Positions 25,661 through 34,379 of a stretch of 34,379 nucleotides of DNA are shown piece after piece (within the stretch, counting starts at the first letter, position 1; each line of letters starts with the position of its first letter). A program made the position numbers and the translations under genes. The notes below the pieces were generated by a model. The model had not been told where the DNA came from, searched no databases, and was given only the letters and a program-made list of their open reading frames with translations. Source of the stretch: Tubiluchus corallicola (Eukaryota; Animalia; Priapulida); contig JAQGDQ010001569.1 in NCBI GenBank assembly GCA_030141605.1, positions 1-34,379 of the forward strand. Direction: 5' to 3'.

Positions 25661-27428
25661 GGTTAAAGAGTCACGTGGTACGAACTCCTCACAGTCACAA
25701 CTTGGTACCCCCGCTAGTAAATTACTTTGTTAGTCTACATCCCTGTTGTGGAATACTGGAAACCTGAATGTAAAAAATAACAAGGTGTGCCGGACGGCTT
25801 GTCTGCGCTTGACAGATCTTAGCAAGACAATAAAATTCCAGCTGATACACGCTATGAAATTTGGAACATAGTTGACGAAGTACTCGTGCCCATTAACTCC
25901 TAGTTTGCAAAATTTGCAAATTAAAAGCGATTTAGACACGCAGGTTTTCATCATTGCATTGCAAATTAGCGTTATCTACCTTCGTACCATTTAATTTGTA
26001 CACAGGTAGTACATTTCGTACAAAGACAATACAATAAAAAGTCATTTATTGTAGGTAGTAGTTAAAAAGTAAGCAGAAAATCACGAAAAAATATGAAAAA
26101 ACATCAAAACTATAATAAATTAAATATATAAAAAAGGGTTGAAAAGAATAGATAAATACAAATAGAAACAACTGTAAAAAAAGCATTGCAATCGTAATGC
26201 AAGTCATTTGTACACTCTGTGTATATAAATGTTATATATGTATATATGTATGTATATTCAAAAACATTTATACAGATCTTCCTTTTCTAGGAACATGAGC
26301 CTATGCATTTGGGAATCGACAGCCCATATAACATCTTTAATAAAATTTGCAATACACAACTGAAAGTATTATTAATATCAGTGTAATTATTTCCTTGAAA
26401 ATATGAAAAGGGAAAGCCATGAAAAGACCCTACCAGGCGGTTAAAATCAGGGACCACAAGTGAGCTATGTGAGCACTATGTGAGCACTAGTGAGCTATGC
26501 TTCTTTCCATCTTAATCACTTCAGTGATAAAAACGCTTCTGGCGTGCAATGAAGATCTGTTTGATCCAGCAATACATGACCAAATATTTATTTCTACTGC
26601 CGCAGTGTCACTAACTTAAAAGAAAACTGGATGATTATGTAAACATTAGTTCAGAATAAAGAATGCTCTAAAATATTGAAAACTACAATAGCTTATGTTT
26701 AAATGAAAGCTTAGACTAAATAATAATTACCTCTGATACTCAAATTTCGTTAAACTTTCAAAACTACGCGCGGCTCAGTGAATCTACTAACATTGGCAGC
26801 GACGCCTTTTTGTCACATGCGCGTGGCCGACAAATAGAAGGCGGTACCGTGATAACCATGTCATGAACTGCAGTGTTAGATTCTGACATAGTATTATGTA
26901 GAGCCCATTTTCGTGACATCATGCGTTTAAACAATTCTGTAACACTTACGCAAACGTGTTTGATGCGCAAGGGAAGATGCCTGCCATTGCACAAACTGTG
27001 GTTAGTTTCTGACGTAAGCAATAGCTGTGTTCGGTTGCCGTTAATTAACTTTTTAAGCTAATTATTCAAATATAAGGAACAATTGCTAACTTTTATGGGC
27101 AAGAAAATGTATATTTTGAACAGTAAATTAAAATGAGATTGAGTCTAAACAATCGTCCGGTCTTCCTTTAGCTGCTTCTGTAGCTTGCTTAGTTTGAATA
27201 TTCGTCATAAAAGCTGCTGACATCTGCTGACGCTCGAGTTCGAACCGCAGCTTAGTGAAAATGTTTTGTTTTTTCTCCAGCAAGGTGCTTCTGTATTTAT
27301 TCCGTTACGGGGAAGCTGGTGCAAACACTGTGACTTTTTAGCTCAATGTTTGACAATGCTGAAACCATGCTGCGCAGTCTTATCTGTAAAAGTCGAAATG
27401 TCTTTCCGCAAGTTGTTTGCAAATTGCC

Positions 27429-27517
27429 CTGTTGTCATTTTCTCCACGTGAATTAATGCCATCTGGTGGCGGCGCTGTTGTCATTTTCTCCACGTGAATT
27501 AATGCCATCTGGTGGCG
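27429..27517. promoter_or_regulatory. 43-bp duplication, each copy with E-box CACGTG and a CTCF-like motif
   Basis: ctgttgtcattttctccacgtgaattaatgccatctggtggcg at 27429 and 27475; reverse complement gccaccagatggca fits the CTCF core. Duplication is certain, function inferred. Confidence 0.5.
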
Positions 27518-28028
27518 TTCCTGGAAGCCAGTGCGGACAAATTTGATCGGCGCAATCTAATAAGAATCTCTCGCGCGCTTGTCAGCTGTTTTAAAGCTTC
27601 ATTACAGGTGGATAAAAATCAGCCCGCGACCATTTTAGTAATCCCAGAATGCCTGCAGAGGACAATGTAAAGTCACTAGAAATCACACCATCTCACTTGT
27701 GGAGCAGCCACAAGATATTGGAAGCAAAATTAAGCTATGAAGTGGCAAATTTAGTGCACAACATTATTACCAATACGCTGTCCGCGTGCCGTTATTAGGC
27801 TTGTATTACCGCTCAGAAACACTATTGTATTCATAGTGGATTCATTGACTTGCTGGTAGAAATTGTTGATGGCTAATTTTGCAGCTCAATTAAAGACCGA
27901 CGATTATTCTAATGAAATTTTTGAGTTTGGAGTTACTTTGTTTTGAATCTCACTGCAGTAGGGTATTAATTTTTCTTGTTAAAATATACATTTTCTTGCT
28001 TATAAAAGTTTAGTGTTCTTTAATTAAT

Positions 28029-29790
28029 GTGTTCTTTGCAAGTAATTGCACCTTAGACACTAGCAATGCTTCTCTACCTGCGTATCAGCCATTTACCAAA
28101 ACATCATTGTCTTGTATTAATCTGCCAGAGGACCTTGTTTCTTCTTTACTACGTAATGTTAATAGAACCAAATCAACCGGGCCAGACGGTATAAGTACAA
28201 AAATATTAAAATTTTGTTCGCAGTCTATGTCCTTACCGTTAACAAAATTGTTTATTATGTCTTTAAGAAATGTTGCTACTGAGTAGAAATGTACTAGCAT
28301 GTATCCCGCATTTTAAAAAATAATAGAGAAGAAATACAAAATTATCGAGCAATAACTTTACTCTCCTGTACTCTAAAATATTAGAAAGACTTGTGTTTAA
28401 AAAGTTAACTGGGTTTAATTCTGGCTTCCTCAATGTCAGAAAACTTTTGATAAAGTGTGGCGTACTTTACTTCTACTTAAATTAAAACTTATATTATACT
28501 TAAAGTATAAGTAAAAGTACTTAAGTATAATTAAATTATACTTAAAAGTGGGCGTTAAAGGTCAATTATTAAGTTGCCGGAGATTTTATATGAATAATCG
28601 TTTTCAGAAGGTCGTTATTGATGGTGCTGAGTCGGATATATTATTTTTAAAAGCTGGTGTTCATCCCACAAGGGTCTATTTTGGGACCTCTTTTATTTCT
28701 TGTTTATACGAATGATATCATTCTAAATATACAATGTGATGTATGCCTTTTTGCCGACGATACGGCCATTTTGGATACTGCAGATGACCCTGTGAACTCA
28801 GCTAATCTTTTAAATTCTGACTTAGACGTCGTCCATAATTGGGCCAGCAAGTGGCTTGTAAATTTTAACCCTAAAAAAACTGAAGTTGTGTTTTTCACAT
28901 GTAAAGTTGGTTAGCAAAATCACCCTCCTTTATATTTGATAACTCTATTCTTACTCATATAACTCATCATTAGCCGTTTGGGTATTTATTTGTCAAGAAT
29001 TTAAAATTAGTATCATGTTAATGAATAAGTTATTGCAGCTCAATCAAAACTGCGTATTCTGAAATAACTTTTTTACATATTAAATATGATCATTTATTTC
29101 AAAGTATTACATTGCCAGCTACTGCATATACTAACATGGTGTGGTCTGGTTTTGGCAGTGGCATCTCGAATTTGTACTGACGCAATGTGAGGGTTTCTCT
29201 CACGACGATACATTTTACGACGCAGATTTTAACCCAATGCAGCTTAAACTGTTTAAATAATATTTCCACTTACGTTTTCTGTATAAAATTATCAATCAGT
29301 TAGCTCCAACATATCTGTGTGATATATTACTACCAAGAGTCAGAGATATCAAAGAGATATCACATCATATCTAGTACGCAATGGTGATCATTTTAGAAAC
29401 TTTAAACATCATTCGTCGTCATTTTTGCTTCTGCTATAGATTCGTGGAATGTTCTTTTTTATATATTCGTAATAGCGTGTCCTTATCGTCTTATACATAA
29501 ACCGTAAATTATCCGTTCTTCAGCACACACGAATGAGGGTTGACTTTTCTCAACTAAACTTTGACCTGAATTTCTCATTTTCTAATTAGCTGCCCGTTAT
29601 ACCACCAGGCTCCAGATATATTACTAAGCAAACTCTGTACTTTGTTAAAGCCTCATAATATTAGAATTTATAATCTGTCAACAGATGGACTCGTTTATCT
29701 CTTTCTTCATGACAATCAACATTTAAATATAGCTGTTAATATTTAAGTATTTAAGCTTGTGCAGAAATTTGTATTTCTAGAAAGCACTTC
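28029..29790 (+). pseudogene. Decayed CR1-clade LINE ORF2 (reverse transcriptase) fragment
   Basis: KSTGPDGISTKILK, NYRAITLLS, FDKVW, PQGSILGPLLFLVYTND, LFADD, WASKWLVNFNPKKTE and LAPTYLCDIL motifs in order, with multiple stops and frameshifts. Confidence 0.92.
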
Positions 29791-29879
29791 TAACCATTAT
29801 ATTAGTTTGCATTGTTTACGTAGTAATATTAAAGTAAATCTCAACATTGTTGGCATCTAACAATCTCTATACTGCTAGT

Positions 29880-30377
29880 TGTTGTTGGTATCCTTCTGTA
29901 TCGGAAGACAATGGAGTGTGCGCCAAGAGAGTCATTTACTGATCACATTGATGGAGCTGCAGTGTCGAGTGTGGCTGAGCAATCCGATCCTTGAACCACT
30001 GGAGTGGCATCTCCAGGGCGCACGCCTGGGCCAGGTGTATGGAGATCCTGAGTTGTCCAGATAGCAGGAACACCCTCTCTTCCTCCCTGGTGTAGTCCAA
30101 AGGAAAGCGGGGCGATACGTTTGGCACCAGCTTGGCTGCAGGAGCGGCCGGAGTCAGTGAGCATGCTGCACTAGTCCGCCTTCGGGGCTCCACTTCTGAT
30201 TTGGAAGGCTTATTCCTCTACACATGGCTGTTGGGTCACTTGACCTCCTCCGTCCTGTAGCCGTTGGCTGCTTGTGCAGTTCCTCCGCCTAGTGTCGAGA
30301 TACAGTGTGGGCATCCCGCAAGCTTACAGCACCAGGTATTCCTAGGCGGTCACCCATCCAAGTACTAACCAGACTCA
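29880..30377 (-). mobile_element. 5S-derived SINE, copy 2, 5'-truncated inside the 5S head
   Basis: Reverse complement of the copy-1 body; (CAA) tail; 11-bp TSD atactgctagt at 29869-29879 and 30378-30388. Confidence 0.9.
30321..30377 (-). pseudogene. 3' half of a 5S rRNA-like sequence (truncated SINE head)
   Basis: Minus strand reads gagtctggttagtacttggatgggtgaccgcctaggaatacctggtgctgtaagct. Confidence 0.85.
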
Positions 30378-30740
30378 ATACTGCTAGTAGTCATACTGTA
30401 ATGCTTCTACTGTTTGTCTATTGTCTGCACTCTACTAAATGTCACGTTCCATTGGTGAGAACGTTTATCAGTCAAGCCGTTCAAGCCGTTTTGTAACACT
30501 TGCTATTCAATAAAACTACATTTAAACTAAACTAAAATTCGTTTTCAACCGTAATATAAGACTATCAGAAAAAGTTAGCATATGTTAACCTCACTGAATA
30601 GCTACTAAAAAGTGAACACGTGATTTACGTTGCACCCTTTCGGAGCAAAGTGAGACAAGAATGCTTCCACAAACTAGCCCAGTCCTCCCCCTCCCCCTCC
30701 CCATTACTGCAAACTGCAGTCTGAAGAATCAGTACATCTA

Positions 30741-31150
30741 AGGACAAGAAAACACTCTTCGTAAACAAAACTAAAAATTCGTCGTGAGATTTCGTACCAC
30801 TTACGTACTGTCTTGTTGCATACAGAGCTTGCCTTTGCAGTAACACTGTATAGAACTTGTGAACTCCCGCGATGATTGTTAGGTGCAATTGTTTTGACGA
30901 TAAGTAGTTTGAAACAATTTACATCGCGTAAAAATTAAAAACCGATCAGAGCATTCGTAGAACACTCTTCGTTAACTAAACAAAAGTTAAACTACTTTAT
31001 ATTGTCAATAAGATGAATAATGTATTTTTGGTGAGCCAGTGGTGCACGCTGGGATAGTAATTCAGTGACGTTTTACCAGTTGGCGCGAACATTACATTCA
31101 AATTATTAAAAAGTTTCTTTTCCAACTACGTAAGCGTTTCAAACAGGAAA
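30741..31150 (+). mobile_element. Kolobok/T2-MITE-like element, copy 4 (left part, diverged)
   Basis: Starts aggacaagaaaa (left TIR); shares aactcccgcgatga and atcagagcattcgtag with the reverse complement of 14500-14737. Confidence 0.7.
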
Positions 31151-31252
31151 CAAGTAGCTAAATAATCAAAGTTAAATGTGCTTGGTGAAATCAGTGCCTT
31201 CCTTACCAACTGAAACTGAATATCACAAATATCAATATCACAAACTGAATAC

Positions 31253-31766
31253 ATATATATATATAATCTTTATTTACCATTAAAATACATTGATAATCAC
31301 GGATAAAAACTTTACAGAGATGATCAATCAGTGTTAGTTAATAAAAACTTACACTGCTAAAGGCAAATTTAGTGCAATTTAAACTACTGTGCAGTAATGG
31401 AAAGTAACGACGAATAAAATCAAAGATATTTACAACTATGCACAAAAAAATGAAAAAATTATGATGTAATTAATATGGCCGTGGATATATAAATTCTGAA
31501 TTAGTGTGTATGTTGTCGTACAGGTGTCATGGTATTTCATATCTGGTTAATATTAGTGATTTTAATTTTGTTTTAAATGCTGATAGGGACTTGATTGGTT
31601 TAACCTGTAATGGTAGAGAATTGCAAAGTAGAATTGCTTGCTTGATTACAGAGTTCGTTCTGTAGTGGGTATTTGTCCTAATTTGTTTTAGATTGCTTGT
31701 TCTGGAATTAACGATAGGATTTGGAAAAAAAGCTAAATCTGTTATTCTGGAGTGGTTTGCTAACAT
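31253..31766 (-). mobile_element. L2/Crack-like LINE 3' end, copy 2
   Basis: Reverse complement of ~21355-21855; PNPIVNSRTSNLKQIR...SLSAFKTKLKSLILTRYEIP; (TA)n tail. Confidence 0.85.
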
Positions 31767-33011
31767 TTCTATTAATTTTTTTTCTGATATACTTTGAAAT
31801 TCCCTCTTCTTCCCTTATCACACGTATGAGTTAACTGGACCCCGACTACCCAAGCAGAACACCTGAACTAACACAACATTGATAAACTTAGTTGACCGAT
31901 CTTTTCCGAGAGACCCCGCCGTAGTCGCAGACGACGATCTAGTCAATACTCTGCCAGTTTGAACTGTGAAAGTTTGATTCATGTCCGAATTAACCAAATC
32001 TGACTAAGAACACGTATGCTGTGTGTACTTCACAAGAGTCAGAGGACGGATGAATGGCACATCATATAGCCGGCACATCTCAGCTCTTATACAGCACGTA
32101 AATGCCCACACAATTCCATAATTAACAACTGTTTGCTCTACAAACTCAGCCATTACTCTCTGTCCTATGTTTGTACTGTTATCACTCTTGCTGGCTTCAT
32201 TATATACGATAGTGGGGATAGAGATAACAAGAGTTCAAAATTCAATAAATATTGCAGGTGATTTGATAAGGTAAATATACAGCATAAAGCAACTAGACAT
32301 TGACGAGTTGTTTGTTCTTTTAGACAAAGGGCGACTTCATCCTTTAGGGACCCAGTCAGCTCTAGTAACTAAATTGTTGTGGGATGGAGTTTCCAAATTA
32401 ATTCAATTCAGTTACCTCTAAACGCAAATCTAGCATCAACTCCTAAACGTCATATTAGGCCTATATATTGTTAACAGATTATGATGCTGATGATAACAAT
32501 ACTGACGCTGGCTATCACAACAATTAGACGGCATCTTAACCAAGTTATGTGCAATCCACTCCCCTCGCTACTGCTACAGGCAGTGATAAACATAAACAAA
32601 TCCGCGACCGTCTCATGTGAAGAATAATTTTGTCGTGCATTAGTGAAGCGAGTATAATAATACATCTCAGAATTCAAATTCTGCACAATAGTAAAACGTT
32701 ACCGAGACCCAACTTTCACATTCTGGGCAATAAAGAATTCCAATCAAGTTATCTTCTGAAATTCGTCTCCGATGTGCCACTCACGTTTTCGCATTTACTC
32801 TAAATTTTGTAAAATATTTCAACCGCTGCAGTAAACGTTGGCGCAGACATGTTTCATTTAGTCCGCCAATTGAAAAACCACCATGTGACTGATCACGTAG
32901 TATGACATCACTCGAACACAGTCACAGTGAGTTCCGAGCACGTGTACTATAAAGATTTGTGTTGTGGTTCTGTGACGCCATCTAATATGGCGCCGCCGTG
33001 ACAGTCTAGCG

Positions 33012-33245
33012 GGGAGTATTTAAAACGAAAACAAACAGGAAATTCTTTTAACGTGAGTATGATAAACGCTTAAGATTGCCTCTAACCGTTATAATTCTTT
33101 AGCCCTTTCTTGTCCTGGACGCTAAATTATTAAAATAATCTAATTACGTAAGCCTTTCAAACAGACAAGCATAATGCAAAGTAATATAACTTTGTTTGGA
33201 AAGTTTTTTGGGACATACTTTACAATAGACTTTTCTTCCCATTTA
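33012..33245 (+). mobile_element. Rearranged fragments of the Kolobok-like element
   Basis: 33012-33116 resembles ~340-465 of copy 1 (ends ctttcttgtcct); 33125-33245 resembles ~170-290. Confidence 0.55.
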
Positions 33246-33270
33246 ACTTTAAACGGGCCGTTTAAGAAGA

Positions 33271-34379
33271 TCGTCAGTGAGTCTTGGCCTCCCAATGCTT
33301 TAGTTTCCCGCCAGATTCTATCGTTTCTAGTACGTCTGATTATACAGTAATCACTGGTTCGTCAGTAAGTCTTGTGTCTTGGCCTCTCAATGCTTTAGTT
33401 TCCCGCCAGATTGTATCGTTTCTAGTACGTCTGGTTATACAGTAATCACTGGTTCGTCAGTGAGTCTTGTGTTTTGGCCTCTCAATGCTTTAGTTTCCCG
33501 CCAGATTGTATCGTTTCTAGTACGTCTGGTTATACAGTAATCACTAGTTCGTCAGTGAGTCTTGTGTCTTGGCGTCTCAATGCTTTAGTTTCCCGCCAAA
33601 TTCTATCGTTTCTAGTACGTCTGGTTATACAGTAATCACTGGTTCGTCAGTAAGTCTTGTGTCTTGGCCTCTCAATGCTTTAGTTTCCCGCCAGATTCTA
33701 TCGTTTCTAGCACTTCTGGTTATACAGTAATCACTGGTTCGTCAGTGAGTCTTGTGTCTTGGCTTCTCAATGCTTTAGTTTCCCGCCAGATTCTATCGTT
33801 TCTAGTACGTCTGGTTATACAGTAATCACAGGATCGTCAGTGAGTCTTGTGTCTTGGCTTCTCAATGCTTTAGTTTCCCGCCAAATTCTATCGTTTCTAG
33901 TACGTCTGGTTATACAGTAATCACAGGATCGTCAGTAAGTCTTGTGTCTTGGCCTCTCAATGCTTTAGTTTCCCGCCAGATTCTATCGTTTCTAGTACGT
34001 CTGGTTATACAGTAATCACTGGTTCGTCAGTGAGTCTTGTGTCTTGGCCTCTCAATGCTTTAGTTTCCCGCCAAATTCTATCGTTTCTAGTACGTCTGGT
34101 TATACAGTAATCACTGGTTCGTCAGTGAGTCTTGTGTCTTGGCCTCTCAATGCTTTAGTTTCCCGCCAGATTGTATCGTTTCTAGTACGTCTGGTTATAC
34201 AGTAATCACTGGTTCGTCAGTGAGTCTTGTGTCTTGGCCTCTCAATGCTTTAGTTTCCCGCCAGATTGTATCGTTTCTAGTACGTCTGGTTATACAGTAA
34301 TCACTAGTTCGTCAGTGAGTCTTGTGTCTTGGCGTCTCAATGCTTTAGTTTCCCGCCAAATTCTATCGTTTCTAGTACG
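33271..34379. repeat. 95-bp satellite, >=11.7 units, running off the window end
   Basis: Unit gtcagtgagtcttgtgtcttggcctctcaatgctttagtttcccgccagattctatcgtttctagtacgtctggttatacagtaatcactggttc starts at 33361, 33456, 33551 and so on. Confidence 0.98.

Noticed and set aside
27232-27250. B-box-like gagttcgaacc
   Set aside because: No A-box or cloverleaf nearby.
28490-28548. AT-rich palindromic insert inside the CR1 fragment
   Set aside because: Short low-complexity local duplications, most simply a repair scar; no TIR or TSD seen.

Overview
Repeat-rich, AT-rich eukaryotic (animal) intergenic or intronic DNA. The 5S-type sequence looks lophotrochozoan-like, which is an inference. I see no intact recognisable protein-coding gene, and most long ORFs are microsatellite artefacts. 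The best finding is a ~553-bp 5S rRNA-derived SINE (SINE3-type) with a highly structured GC-rich body and a (CAA) tail. It is present as a full copy (24576-25128) and an inverted 5'-truncated copy (29880-30377), each with its own 11-bp target-site duplication (TSD). Also present: two hAT-type MITEs with 14-bp terminal inverted repeats (TIRs) and 8-bp TSDs, five copies or fragments of a ~680-bp TTAA/AGGAC-terminated (Kolobok-like) element, and decayed CR1 and L2/Crack-like LINE fragments. Tandem repeats include a diverged ~142-bp array (possibly Helentron/HINE-like), three satellites (82, 48 and 95 bp, the last with an 8-mer higher-order repeat) and many microsatellites. There are also CTCF/E2F/YY1-like motifs and a few low-confidence candidate exons.
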